A stretch of DNA of 64,000 nt from Candidatus Peribacteria bacterium (GTDB taxonomy: Bacteria; Patescibacteriota; Gracilibacteria; Peribacterales; Peribacteraceae): contig JAHFJP010000004.1 of the NCBI GenBank assembly GCA_023245765.1, positions 375 through 64,374 of the forward strand, written 5' to 3'. Shown here piece after piece: positions 17,083 through 27,512 of this stretch (positions are counted from its first letter, which is position 1; each line of letters opens with the position of its first letter). Made by a program: the position numbers and the translations under genes. The notes under the pieces are model-generated. The model was not told where the DNA came from. It searched no databases and saw only the letters and a program-made list of their open reading frames with translations.

Positions 17083-18173
17083 ACGTTAAATCGGAAGTGC
17101 ATCACATCGCCGTCCTGCACGACGTACGTCTTCCCTTCCTGTCGCATCTTCCCCGCTTCTTTGGCTTTCAATTCAGAACCATACTGAACAAAATCCTTGT
17201 ACGAAATTGTCTCTGCGCAGATGAATCCGCGTTCGAAATCCGTATGAATCACGCCTGCTGCCTGTGGTCCGGTCCATCCGATATGGATCGTCCACGCGCG
17301 CACTTCCTCCGGTCCCGCCGTGAAGTACGTGGCGTACCCGAGACGGTGATAGGCGGCGCGAATCAGTCTGTCCAACCCGGAGGATTCGACGCCGAGGTCT
17401 TTCAAAAAGGTCTTCGCTTCGTCCGGAGTCAGGTCCTGCAGATCTTCTTCGATCTTGGCGCTGATGATCACCAGTTCATCGTCAGTCGAAAGCTGAAGGC
17501 GCTTACGGACCTCATCAAGATTGAGCGACTTCATCTGTTCTTCCGATGCATTGGCGGCGAAAATCACCGGCTTGAGTGTCATCAACTGCATGCCTTCCGC
17601 GAGCGGCCGTTCATCTTTGTCGAAGGTGATGGTCGATGCCGGTTTACCCTGTTCCAGAACGGCTTTGATCTTCTCCGCGACGGCCAGTTCCAGTTTTGCT
17701 TCTTTGTTGCCAGTGCGCGCGCCGCCCTGCACCCGATCAATCCGCTTCTTGATTGTGTCCAAATCCGCGAGCGCGAGTTCGGTATCAATCGTCTCCCGGT
17801 CGCGCTTGGGATCAACGCTCCCGTCGACGTGAATGATGTCGCCACCTTCAAAGACGCGGACTACGTGGCAGATGGCATCGACTTCGCGGATGTGGCTCAG
17901 GAATTTATTGCCTAAGCCTTCTCCTGCCGAGGCGCCTTTCACGAGTCCCGCGATATCGACGAACTCGACTGCTGCGGGAATCGTCTTTTTCGGCTTCACC
18001 AGATCGGTGAGAACCTTCAGGCGTTCATCGGGAACTTCGACAATGCCGATGTTCGGATCGATCGTGCAGAAGGGATAGTTGGCCGCCTGTGCGCCTTTAC
18101 TCCGCGTGAGCGCGTTAAACAGCGTGGATTTCCCCACGTTTGGGAGGCCGACGATTCCTATTCTAAGAGGCAT
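17079..18173 (-). CDS. ychF: Redox-regulated ATPase YchF
   Basis: [40 protein letters not shown] and IHTDF motifs. Confidence 0.98.
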   Translation of the reverse strand: MPLRIGIVGLPNVGKSTLFNALTRSKGAQAANYPFCTIDPNIGIVEVPDERLKVLTDLVKPKKTIPAAVEFVDIAGLVKGASAGEGLGNKFLSHIREVDAICHVVRVFEGGDIIHVDGSVDPKRDRETIDTELALADLDTIKKRIDRVQGGARTGNKEAKLELAVAEKIKAVLEQGKPASTITFDKDERPLAEGMQLMTLKPVIFAANASEEQMKSLNLDEVRKRLQLSTDDELVIISAKIEEDLQDLTPDEAKTFLKDLGVESSGLDRLIRAAYHRLGYATYFTAGPEEVRAWTIHIGWTGPQAAGVIHTDFERGFICAETISYKDFVQYGSELKAKEAGKMRQEGKTYVVQDGDVMHFRFNV

Positions 18174-18280
18174 TTTCAGGGGCAGTATGCATCAAGGAAA
18201 AGCCATTTAGAAGCCATAATCTTCAAATGAGCCTGTAATTGACAAAATTAAAGAAAATACTTAAAATAGCAATCCTTTCC

Positions 18281-19381
18281 ATGCGTCTTCGCCTCCTCAC
18301 CTTCGGCGTTCTCGTCCTGTATTCAGCGGCTCTTGTTCCTGTTGCCAGTGCCCAGGATACCGGTAGTCAGCAGATTAGTCGCGTGGAACTCCTCCAGGTG
18401 CTGCTCGACGCGCGAGAGGAGACGAGAGGCAAGGTGGAGAAGACCAAGTCACGACTGTCCAAGCAACCGCTCTTCATCGATGTGGCGCGCGACGAGTGGT
18501 ACGCGCCGTACGCCGAAGTCGCCTTCACGACCCGAGTGACATCGGGATTCCCGGATCGCACCCTCAGGCCGCACGATCCCGTGCCGGTCGAGGAGGCGAT
18601 CACGCTCCTCATGCGCAGTTACCATCAGAGTGGGCTGCGGGTCGAGAGCGATACCGAATGGTTCGCGCCGTTTGTGCGCGGAGCGCTTGCCAAACGTCTC
18701 ATCGCCTCACCACGAACGATGTCGATCGGCCAACCGATCACACGCGCGCAATTCCAAGACATGGTCAGCCGGATGGAGACGGTCACGCGTGATGGACTCG
18801 CCGTTTTCCCCGATCCTGTCCGTGCGCCCCAGCAAGCGGGCAGCGCGGTTGCCACTGGCGCATCGCAGGATATTCCCGTGGGTGGGCCGGTGATTGTCGC
18901 CGCTCCCACGGCCGATCAGAGTGAAATCGAGCAGTATGCGTCCGGACAGAACTTCGCCATCACGATTCCGTCGCTCGGCATTCGCGACATGCAGGTGAGT
19001 CATCCGGAAGATTCTGTGAGCAAAAACGGCTTGCTCGAGCCGCTCAAGAGCGGCGTGGGGCACCTGTTCAGTTACCCCGGCCGCGGTGGAAAGATCATGA
19101 TCTACGGCCACAGCAGCGGCTATGCGTGGGACGTCTCGAAGTTTACGAAAATTTTCACGCAGGTGAACAAGCTTAAGAAGGGCGACAAGGTCTACGTCAC
19201 CTACAACGGGCACCTCTACGCCTATAGCGTCACAGGGCAACAGAAGATCAGACCAGATGACCGCGCTCCGTTTGCCGGCCAGGGCGAAGAGCTGATCCTC
19301 TACACCTGCTGGCCCGTCGGGAGCAACAAGTCGCGGTTGATCATCCGGGCGGAGCCGGTGGAAACTGTCGCCATGCGATAA
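18281..19381 (+). CDS. Sortase with N-terminal SLH domains
   Basis: Signal peptide; FIDV..DEWYAPY..GFPD..LRP SLH; YGHSS, LYTCWP and R sortase triad; upstream TTGACA-N17-TAAAAT. Confidence 0.88.
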   Translation: MRLRLLTFGVLVLYSAALVPVASAQDTGSQQISRVELLQVLLDAREETRGKVEKTKSRLSKQPLFIDVARDEWYAPYAEVAFTTRVTSGFPDRTLRPHDPVPVEEAITLLMRSYHQSGLRVESDTEWFAPFVRGALAKRLIASPRTMSIGQPITRAQFQDMVSRMETVTRDGLAVFPDPVRAPQQAGSAVATGASQDIPVGGPVIVAAPTADQSEIEQYASGQNFAITIPSLGIRDMQVSHPEDSVSKNGLLEPLKSGVGHLFSYPGRGGKIMIYGHSSGYAWDVSKFTKIFTQVNKLKKGDKVYVTYNGHLYAYSVTGQQKIRPDDRAPFAGQGEELILYTCWPVGSNKSRLIIRAEPVETVAMR

Positions 19382-19385
19382 TCCC

Positions 19386-19814
19386 ATGAACGCACCTGAA
19401 GCAGAGCAACGGCTGAGATTGGAGGCGGCGGCTTCTGCGCTGCCGGAACCTTCGCGGGGCTCTGCTCTCGCCACGGGAAAAACGCTGTTGGAGGGAGTTC
19501 GCTGTTCTGGTGAGCAGAAAGAGGCTCTTGCCGAACATGTCGTGCGGCTCTACTCCCCGTCGAGATTTCTGGTGCGTGAAGACAAACTCTTTGATTTTTA
19601 TGATGGGTCGTGGCCCGGGGACTTCACGATCTTCTCCCAAGGCCAGAAGGATATCGCCGTCGCGAACAGCATGTACGTCAGTGGGGATGCGGACAGCCCC
19701 AATCCACTCTGCGTGTTAAAACTCGTGCAGAATGTTGATACGAAACATGTCGATTTGGAAGCGGTCGTGGCGCACATCATCGGAAGCTGGGAATCCCTCT
19801 ACCGTGCGGGCTAG
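19386..19814 (+). CDS. Hypothetical protein
   Basis: 142-aa ORF starting 4 nt after the sortase stop. Confidence 0.55.
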   Translation: MNAPEAEQRLRLEAAASALPEPSRGSALATGKTLLEGVRCSGEQKEALAEHVVRLYSPSRFLVREDKLFDFYDGSWPGDFTIFSQGQKDIAVANSMYVSGDADSPNPLCVLKLVQNVDTKHVDLEAVVAHIIGSWESLYRAG

Positions 19815-20019
19815 GACTTGCTGCTCAAGAATCCCATGAGCTTCAAGATGGGATTCGAACCGGGTCGCTACAACTGGATCCGCGACCGGTTTTTTTCGAG
19901 GCAGCCCATGCCGTCGCCGTTCGGTGAAAGTTCGGACTACGTGACGTACCATGCCGTGAATACCAACCGGAAGCGCGTGAAGGAGTTATGGAGTGAGAGA
20001 TAGGACCATTCATGCTTCA

Positions 20020-20823
20020 ATGCAGAATTCATCTTCCACTATCGGCGAAAATTCCATCACCACAGATATTCACATTACCGAAAATCCTGATCCTCCAAAA
20101 ACACTCTACGATGTCGTATCAGGGAACAGCAAAACGGAGGTCTTCATCGTCTTCAAAACCGGTGATGTGGACGTGAAGAGAATCAGCAAGGATACGGTCG
20201 ACTGGAAACACATCTATGCATGCAAGGATGCTCATGTCGGCGCGATGGAAAAACTCATCGGATTTCCTCTCACTGCCGAACAAGCCGATTCGTGGAAGTT
20301 TCCCGACGGACATGTCAGCAAGGCTCAGGGCGACGCCCCGTTTGTCATTTTTCGCGACGCGGAGACCAATGATCCGGCGGTGTTCCTCTGGTTGATGTAT
20401 CGGGATAACGACTCGATGTTCGTGGACGACCGGTTTCCTCTCAAGTGCATGATTCTGAGCATGCAGGGGATCAAAGGGTACGATGCCGCGGCGTTCCGCA
20501 AGGAAAACGGCTGCACACCGCAGGAATGCGCCGTCGATATGCTCATCATGGGCGGCAAAAATTTGTGGAGAGATGGATGGCAACTGGAACTGAGTCCCGG
20601 TGCGTCGTATGCCGGTATGGAGCATCGCCCCGTTTCCTGGATGAAATTTCTCCGTGACCGGTATTTTGCGGATACGCCGATGTTCTGCGGTTCGCTTCGA
20701 TTGATGAGTGCTACGAAGAAGCGCGTGCGGGAAATTTTCAGTCTGGCTGGTTGTGGTCCAGTTCCTCGTACGCCCGTAGGGGCGCAGCATGCTGCGCCCC
20801 TACAAAACGCATCCACACCGTAG
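20020..20823 (+). CDS. Hypothetical protein (C-terminus runs through a REP-like element)
   Basis: Long ORF; its last residues VGAQHAAPLQ are encoded by the GTAG palindrome. Confidence 0.6.
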   Translation: MQNSSSTIGENSITTDIHITENPDPPKTLYDVVSGNSKTEVFIVFKTGDVDVKRISKDTVDWKHIYACKDAHVGAMEKLIGFPLTAEQADSWKFPDGHVSKAQGDAPFVIFRDAETNDPAVFLWLMYRDNDSMFVDDRFPLKCMILSMQGIKGYDAAAFRKENGCTPQECAVDMLIMGGKNLWRDGWQLELSPGASYAGMEHRPVSWMKFLRDRYFADTPMFCGSLRLMSATKKRVREIFSLAGCGPVPRTPVGAQHAAPLQNASTP

Positions 20824-20847
20824 GGGCGTTGCATGCAACGCCCCTAC
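20776..20847. repeat. Pair of GTAG-type REP-like palindromes
   Basis: GTAGGGGCGCAGCATGCTGCGCCCCTAC and GTAGGGGCGTTGCATGCAACGCCCCTAC; relatives at 28243-28266, 42453-42477 and 43396-43424. Confidence 0.85.
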
Positions 20848-20928
20848 ATCCGCGAAAATGCGTTCACAAAAAATGTCATCCCGGTAGATCGCGCCGGCGG
20901 CGCGAACGTACGAGGAACGCACAAACAA

Positions 20929-23415
20929 CTACGCCCCAATTCTCCGAATAATCTCCCGATCGACGAATTCCTTCGCCCGCCCGTACTTGAGCCGGCTCAG
21001 CTGCTTGAACGCTTCGGCCGCCTGCGGATCCTTCGGGTAGGTCTTATCCGTCCACGGGCGCGGAACGTCGATACTGAAGGGGCGGCTGGGCTGGCCATCG
21101 ACGCTGAGTTTCATCGCGCCCTTGAATGCCTCGACGTTCACCAGATCCTGCTCGGTGAAGACCGGCGCCATTTCCTTGGCGCAGACTTCGGCATCCTGCG
21201 GGCCGATCTTGTAGAACATCATGGTGCCAACGTTGCCGAAGATGGCGCCCTTCAAACTCACATTGCCGCTGAGCTTGCTCTCCTTCTCGAGCTGGTCGAT
21301 GTACTGATGCGCGAGCACAAGCCCGAGGCGGTACTTGCGAGCCTCGGAGAGGATCGATTCGATCGAGGGCGTCACGAAGTTCTGGAATTCATCGATGTAG
21401 AGGAAGAAGTCCCGGCGCGTTTTTGCGTCCTCGCGCTGCCGGCGCATCGCAGCGACCTGGATTTTGTTGACGACCATCAAGCCGAGCAGCGTGGAGTTAA
21501 TATCGCCGATGAGACCTTTACTGAGGTTCATCAACAGAATCTTCCCCGTGTTCATGCAGTCGGCGATATCGAATGCGCTCTTCGTCTGGCCGACGATGTT
21601 GCGGATCAGCGTGTTGGTCGTAAATTGCCCGAACTTGGCCGCGAAGTAGGGGATCATTTCCTGCTTTTCGCGCTGGCCGGTCGCGGCCATCTGCTTTTCC
21701 CAGAAGGAGCGGACGATCGGGTTCTTCACCTTCGCGACCTTGTACTTCATCCACTCATCATCGGTAAAGAGCCGCACGAGATCGGTGATCGCGCCGCCTT
21801 CCTCTTCGTCTTCCATCAGCGTCAAACAGCCGTTACGGAAGTAGTCCTGGATGCGGGGGCCGAAGATCTCCTCACCGAACATTTTCACCATCATGTTCAT
21901 CGCATCGAGCGCAATGAGGTCCCTCTCCTCCGGCGTCTTGCCTTCGAGCAGGTTGAGGCCCAGCGGGCGCTCGGTATCGGCGGGGTTAAAGTAGATCACG
22001 TCGTCGGCACGCGAACGGGGAATGTAAGGGAGCAGGTCCTCGATCAACGATCCGTGCGGATCCACCACGCAGAGGCCTTTTCCCTGGTTGAAGTCCTGGC
22101 GGGCCATTACCTGCATGATCGACGATTTTCCCGTACCCGTTTGTCCGATGATGTAGAAGTGGCGGAAGCGGTCTTCGTTCTTGATGAAGATCTTGCGCTT
22201 CTCGCCGCGGAAGGCGTTGACGCCGAGGAACATGCCTTCATCGGGGATATTCTTGGGGGAGGGAGCGAGCTTGAAGTTCTGCCACTTGATCGTCTCCATC
22301 TTGTTGTACTTGATGTTCGGCAGGTGCCAGAAGCTCGTGAGCTCCGCGGTGCCGAGCAGCATTTTGCGGAATCGCAGCGCCTGGAGAATCGTCCTGCGCG
22401 GGGAGCGGCGAACGAAGCCGGCGACAACGGACCTCGGGAGCATGAACCGCGGGTGATGCCAGTGATTGCCCTGAATGCTGTTGAACTGGCTGAACGAGGC
22501 AATGACTCCTTCGAGCAGCCCCTCGGCACGCGGATGACTTTGCGCGGAGGTGACGACCCGCGCGATGCAGCGGAATCCGGGATTGCCAGCTTTTTCATCC
22601 AGCGCCTTGCTGTACTCCTCCGTCAGCTGCGACACGCGTTCACCTGTCGCCTGGTCTTCCTTCAGATCCATCGGGCTATCCGCACCCGCGAACATATCGA
22701 ACACCGCGCTGGCCCACGAGATGGGATTCCACCACCGCCATCCATTCCTCTTTTTGGGATTGATCAGTCTTTTCGCTTCCTCTTCGACCTTGTGCTGCCA
22801 TCCCTGCTTGACCGGGCGGAGAACGAACTGCACTGCCGCGCCCTCATCGGTCTTCAGTTTCGAGAAGGCGTTCGTGATGGTGTTGAGCGGATCGGTCTTG
22901 AGCTGCTGGTAGGTTTTAAACGACGACGGCCAAGCTTTGATCGGAACAAGGAGGGAGGCGGAAGTCACCGAGTGTTCGGTGAAGATGTCGTAGTCTTCGA
23001 CTTCGTCGACGATCGCGTCGGGGTAAAATGACGTGATCTGCTTTTCGACGAGGTGGGCCAGCGGGCGCGGGCTGACGATGAAGAAGAGGATTTCGCCGGC
23101 AAGAGCCGCGTACTCAACCGAAATGAACGGCTGGCCGTCCATAAAGCGGCGGGGAGTGTGGTCGTAGAGACCGGAGAGGGCCTGGAAGAGGTGGTCGGTG
23201 AGACCCAGCACTTCGCGGAAATCGGTGCCCACGGTGAACTGTTCCGACTGCACTTCCTTGTCTTCCTTGCTTTCCTTCTTTGGCATCTGGATCTGCAGAA
23301 AAACGAGTTCGCGCTCCCGCTGCAGGTCTTTCCTCCAACGCAGCAGCAACAGAACGCCGCCGGTTGCCCCACAGAGGATGAGGATCGTGCCGAGGATCTG
23401 GAAGAAGAACATCAT
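20929..23415 (-). CDS. VirB4/TraD-like (type IV secretion coupling-type) ATPase
   Basis: N-terminal TM; RFRHFYIIGQTGTGKS Walker A, VVDPHG, LYIDEFQNF Walker B, SEARKYRL. Confidence 0.9.
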   Translation of the reverse strand: MMFFFQILGTILILCGATGGVLLLLRWRKDLQRERELVFLQIQMPKKESKEDKEVQSEQFTVGTDFREVLGLTDHLFQALSGLYDHTPRRFMDGQPFISVEYAALAGEILFFIVSPRPLAHLVEKQITSFYPDAIVDEVEDYDIFTEHSVTSASLLVPIKAWPSSFKTYQQLKTDPLNTITNAFSKLKTDEGAAVQFVLRPVKQGWQHKVEEEAKRLINPKKRNGWRWWNPISWASAVFDMFAGADSPMDLKEDQATGERVSQLTEEYSKALDEKAGNPGFRCIARVVTSAQSHPRAEGLLEGVIASFSQFNSIQGNHWHHPRFMLPRSVVAGFVRRSPRRTILQALRFRKMLLGTAELTSFWHLPNIKYNKMETIKWQNFKLAPSPKNIPDEGMFLGVNAFRGEKRKIFIKNEDRFRHFYIIGQTGTGKSSIMQVMARQDFNQGKGLCVVDPHGSLIEDLLPYIPRSRADDVIYFNPADTERPLGLNLLEGKTPEERDLIALDAMNMMVKMFGEEIFGPRIQDYFRNGCLTLMEDEEEGGAITDLVRLFTDDEWMKYKVAKVKNPIVRSFWEKQMAATGQREKQEMIPYFAAKFGQFTTNTLIRNIVGQTKSAFDIADCMNTGKILLMNLSKGLIGDINSTLLGLMVVNKIQVAAMRRQREDAKTRRDFFLYIDEFQNFVTPSIESILSEARKYRLGLVLAHQYIDQLEKESKLSGNVSLKGAIFGNVGTMMFYKIGPQDAEVCAKEMAPVFTEQDLVNVEAFKGAMKLSVDGQPSRPFSIDVPRPWTDKTYPKDPQAAEAFKQLSRLKYGRAKEFVDREIIRRIGA

Positions 23416-23518
23416 GGAATACTATGCCGTATCGTAGCATTATAGCACAGAAATAGCGTGGTCCTCCATCCTCACCCGGCGTGGTCTTCGGTCCGTTCTC
23501 CGCGGAGCCCTGACCTAT

Positions 23519-24610
23519 GTGTTCGGCAAGCGCGGACAGCGGCGTATATCGGGCTGGCGGCTCTTCTACAAGATGCGTGTGGAGGTGATGATGCGTTCAC
23601 CAAAACCCATCCGTGGCATCTCGCGCTTCAGAACGACCAAGCTCTGGGTGGACACCGAGGCATTCCCCCGCATCAAGAAGCTCATTCGTCGTGCGCGCCA
23701 CACGGTCGTCATTCAGATGTTCATTTGGAAAGACGATGTACTTGGCCGGGAAATGGCCGAGGTCCTCGTGGGAGTCGCAGACAGGGGAGTGCGGGTAGAA
23801 ATCAGCAAAGAAGCGGTGGGAGACATGTTTGAGTTTCAGCAGGACTTCCTGGGGACGCGGGACGGGAGCGACGCGGTGTGGAAACGGTTCTGGAGCCATC
23901 CGAAGATCCGGATCGATCACGAGACCCGCAACGACCACGCCAAGGTGTTCATCATCGACGACCGAATCCTGCTGCTCACCGGCATGAACATCGCAGACGA
24001 GTACCATGCGGACTGGCACGATTATCTGGTAGAGCTGCGGGGGCGGAGATTCGTCGAGCATTATCTGACCGACGGAGATCTTCCCGGTGATGCCGGAGAA
24101 GCGAGACTCGTCCTCAATACCGGGCATCGCAAAGAAATCCGGACGGTTGTCCGGGAACTGTTGCAATCTGCCAAAGACTCCATTGTCGTGGAGCACTGCT
24201 ATCTCGCGGATCCCGCCGTGCTCGAGCTGCTCATCAAGAGGAGCCAGGATGGCGTGCGCGTGGTGATCATCCTTCCAGCCCAGACCGACTTCCACCACTA
24301 CGCCAATATGCAGTCGATTTCACGCCTGCGGACCGCTGGGAAGAGGATCGAAATCTTCCTGTATCCCCGGATGTTCCATGGAAAAATTATCCTGGTAGAC
24401 CGGCGTCGCGCGTTCGTTGGGTCGGCGAATCTCATGACGACATCGCTCGATGACATGGGTGAACTCAACGTGCTGCTCGAAGGACGCTCACACTCGGCTA
24501 TCCGCAAACTGCGCGATGTGCTGCGTGATGACATTCTCAAAAGCACGCCGGTCTCGCGCACGCCGAGATTCGTGTGGCTGTGGAGATGGCTGGCATGGTT
24601 ACAGCTTTAG
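23519..24610 (+). CDS. Phospholipase D / cardiolipin synthase family protein
   Basis: Two HKD motifs: HAKVFIID...GMNI and HGKIILVD...GSANL. Confidence 0.9.
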   Translation: MFGKRGQRRISGWRLFYKMRVEVMMRSPKPIRGISRFRTTKLWVDTEAFPRIKKLIRRARHTVVIQMFIWKDDVLGREMAEVLVGVADRGVRVEISKEAVGDMFEFQQDFLGTRDGSDAVWKRFWSHPKIRIDHETRNDHAKVFIIDDRILLLTGMNIADEYHADWHDYLVELRGRRFVEHYLTDGDLPGDAGEARLVLNTGHRKEIRTVVRELLQSAKDSIVVEHCYLADPAVLELLIKRSQDGVRVVIILPAQTDFHHYANMQSISRLRTAGKRIEIFLYPRMFHGKIILVDRRRAFVGSANLMTTSLDDMGELNVLLEGRSHSAIRKLRDVLRDDILKSTPVSRTPRFVWLWRWLAWLQL

Positions 24611-24979
24611 CAACCGCTTCACCATTTCCAATAACGTCCGCATCGTCATGTCTTTCTTCACAAAATAGTCGTCCGCTCCCAATTCCATCGCGCGCAATTT
24701 GAATTCTGACTGGTCGAAGTTCGTCAGCATAATCACGGGGAACGTCCGGGTGGCTTTCGGGAATTCCTTGAGCACCTGGAACCCGTCGGCTTTGGGCATG
24801 TGGATATCGAGCAGGAGGATATCGGGCGCCTTTTCCTGGAGCATCCGGATGGCCTGCTCGCCATCTTCTGCCGTACGGACAGCCATGCCTTCCAGCGTGA
24901 ATTTCTTCTCGTAGAGGCTGCGCAGAACCGCATCATCTTCACCGATCAGGATGTCGGGTTTGTTCACTGTAACGGCCAT
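24599..24979 (-). CDS. Single-domain response regulator
   Basis: EDD, LLDIHMP, T and K conserved receiver residues. Confidence 0.93.
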   Translation of the reverse strand: MAVTVNKPDILIGEDDAVLRSLYEKKFTLEGMAVRTAEDGEQAIRMLQEKAPDILLLDIHMPKADGFQVLKEFPKATRTFPVIMLTNFDQSEFKLRAMELGADDYFVKKDMTMRTLLEMVKRLLKL

Positions 24980-25036
24980 TATACGGTATTTTGTGGTGGA
25001 AGTACAGCACGTTTTCTGCTATACTTAGAAGATTTC

Positions 25037-26545
25037 ATGACCAAAAACATCCACCGTTCGTCGCTCGCAGTGACAGGGTCGCTGACCCTGCTCCTGGCAA
25101 TCACGTTCGTTCTCCGGGCGGGCAGCGCGTCGGCGGTCGATTGCGTCGGCAAACCCTACGGATATTCGGGCTGTCCCACGCGTCCCGCACAGTCGAGTGC
25201 GGTCTCGTCCGGGGGCATCACTTCCTGCGGCAATGCCATTGTTGATACTGGTGAAGATTGCGATAAGGGGCGCTTCAACGGTAAGACGGAATGCGGCACC
25301 GATTGTAAATTTCTCTACTGTGGTGACGGCATCATTACCCGAGATGCCGGTGAAGAGTGTGAACCGCAGTCGGAGGAGGTCTATGTCGAAGACAAGAACG
25401 GAAACCTGACGACCGAAATCCGGTTCACTGGAACGAGTACATGTGGATGGTTTTGCCAGCCCCCGGTCTGCAACGACAGCGGCAAATGTACAGGTGGTTG
25501 CAAAATGAAGTACGTCGATGACTGTGCCGCGTCGGGGTCTACGCTCGCGCCTGCAGCCCCGGAAAAACCGGTGCCGCCCGTGACGCAGAAGAGCTTCGTT
25601 GCTCCCGTCTGCGGAAACGGCACGATCGAGAGGGACGAAGAATGTGACGACGGTAACCGCAATCCCGTGGATGAATGCGGCAACGACTGTATGCTCCCGG
25701 TCTGCGGCGACGGCACGGTGCAGAAAGGCGAAGAGTGTGACGACGGCAACGACGAGTTCGCCGACGGCTGCACCAGCGACTGCATGCTCCCGGTCTGCGG
25801 GGACGGCATCGTGCAGCTCAAAGAACAGTGCGATGATGCTGACGACAATTCCGACACGATCCCTGATGCCTGCCGCACCACATGTATGGCGCCGCGATGC
25901 GGCGACGGAGTCACAGACAAAGGCGAACAGTGTGATGCCGATGGCGGGAATTCCGATACCGCCCCCAACGGTTGCCGTACGACCTGCCGCCTCGCGTCGT
26001 GTGGGGATGGCGTCAAAGACGCAAACGAGGAATGTGATGATGGCAACAAGAGCGATACCGATACGTGCACCATCACCTGCAAGCGTCCGGTCTGCGGTGA
26101 CGGCATCGTTCAGGCCGGCGAAGAATGTGACTGGGGAACGAAGAACTCGGATACAGCGGGCAACGCCTGCCGCAGCAGCTGCAAGCTCCCGCGCTGCGGC
26201 GATATGGTCACCGATACCGGTGAGCAATGCGATGGCGGCCAAAATTGCACCAAGGAATGCAAGACGCAGGCGGCAGCCTCCAGCCGTCCGGCTACTGCGG
26301 GAACATCGGTAAAGAAACTCGCTGGCAAATCGTCATCCGCACCCAAAGTTGCGGCGGTCACCAAACCCTCAAGCGACTCCGGCATGATCAGCATTCTGCT
26401 GCTCGCAGCAGGAGGGATCGGGTTGCTCGTTGCAGTCTATCTGCTGCGGAGAAAGATCACCGGTCTCTTCTCGGGCAGCAAGAAATCAAAAGATCTGGAT
26501 GATATTCCGCTCGATCAGATCGAGATGCCGTGGCATAAGTGGTAG
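25037..26545 (+). CDS. Cys-rich repeat (DUF4215 / Myxococcus-type) membrane-anchored surface protein
   Basis: Signal peptide, about 9 CGDG..Q.GEECDDGN...C repeats, C-terminal TM followed by RRK. Confidence 0.9.
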   Translation: MTKNIHRSSLAVTGSLTLLLAITFVLRAGSASAVDCVGKPYGYSGCPTRPAQSSAVSSGGITSCGNAIVDTGEDCDKGRFNGKTECGTDCKFLYCGDGIITRDAGEECEPQSEEVYVEDKNGNLTTEIRFTGTSTCGWFCQPPVCNDSGKCTGGCKMKYVDDCAASGSTLAPAAPEKPVPPVTQKSFVAPVCGNGTIERDEECDDGNRNPVDECGNDCMLPVCGDGTVQKGEECDDGNDEFADGCTSDCMLPVCGDGIVQLKEQCDDADDNSDTIPDACRTTCMAPRCGDGVTDKGEQCDADGGNSDTAPNGCRTTCRLASCGDGVKDANEECDDGNKSDTDTCTITCKRPVCGDGIVQAGEECDWGTKNSDTAGNACRSSCKLPRCGDMVTDTGEQCDGGQNCTKECKTQAAASSRPATAGTSVKKLAGKSSSAPKVAAVTKPSSDSGMISILLLAAGGIGLLVAVYLLRRKITGLFSGSKKSKDLDDIPLDQIEMPWHKW

Positions 26546-26672
26546 AGGGGGAAGAGGGCTCAAGAGGGTCAAGAGGGTCAAGAGGGTCAAGAGGGTCAAG
26601 AGGGTCAAGAGGGTCAGGAAGAAGCCTTTTTCCTCTTCACCGTCTTTACCCTCTCAGCCCTTTTTACCCTTC
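26546..26672. repeat. AAGAGGGTC tandem repeat with a degenerate inverted arm
   Basis: Six perfect 9-mers (26562-26615) followed by CCTCTT/ACCCT units, between convergent genes. Confidence 0.85.
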
Positions 26673-27459
26673 AAATAGCCACCCGCTGATAACTCGACAC
26701 CTTTGCGCCGCCGAGATACTTCTCGACCGTCATCGACGTATCCTTCACGAACGCTTGCTTGATCAACGCGTTCTCTTCGCGGAACTTGCGCTCTTTGCCC
26801 ATCATGATTTTCTCCAGGATCTCGGGGGGCTTCTTGCCGGCGGACGGATCTTTCTTCATCTGTTCCTGCCAGATCTCTTTCTCCTTCGCGATCGCCTCCG
26901 CAGGCACATCGTCGGGATGGACGTACATCGGGTTCATCGCCGCGGCGTGCATGGCGACATCTTTCGCTTTGGCAACATCACCGGATTCCATGCCGATGAT
27001 GACGCCGATCTTGCGGTTGCTGTGGACGTAACTGCCGATGACTGGCGCAGTGACTTCGAGCGTTTCGCCGACGGAAATGTTCTCTCCAAGTTTCTGCACG
27101 GCTTCCGGCAGCTTTGCATCAGCAAGAGCTTTTGCCTTCACTGATCCGTCTTTTGCGAGTGCGGTTGCAAGCTCCTGTCCCAGCGCCTGGAACGCCTCGT
27201 TGCGCCCGACGAAGTCCGTTTCGCACTTGAGGACGATCAGCGACGCCTTGCCCGCGGATTCCGCGATGAAGATGCCGCCTTCCGTCTGATCACGATCAGC
27301 TTTCTTGACGGCCTGCGAGAGGCCGCGCTTGCGCAGGAGCTCAATCGCTTTCTCTTCGTCTCCACCGGCGTCCTGAAGAGCCTGTTTGACTGCGACGATG
27401 CCGACACCCGTGCGGGCGCGGAGTTGCTGGACGGCGGTGGCGGTGATCTCGGGAGACAT
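26671..27459 (-). CDS. tsf: Elongation factor Ts
   Basis: LRARTG.G...K.AL, CETDFV, KLGENI, YVHSN, AMHAAA. Confidence 0.96.
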   Translation of the reverse strand: MSPEITATAVQQLRARTGVGIVAVKQALQDAGGDEEKAIELLRKRGLSQAVKKADRDQTEGGIFIAESAGKASLIVLKCETDFVGRNEAFQALGQELATALAKDGSVKAKALADAKLPEAVQKLGENISVGETLEVTAPVIGSYVHSNRKIGVIIGMESGDVAKAKDVAMHAAAMNPMYVHPDDVPAEAIAKEKEIWQEQMKKDPSAGKKPPEILEKIMMGKERKFREENALIKQAFVKDTSMTVEKYLGGAKVSSYQRVAI

Positions 27460-27512
27460 AGATAGGTGGGGAATCAGGAAGGAAAAATGTGAGTGGCCTT
27501 TCTGGCCGCGAA

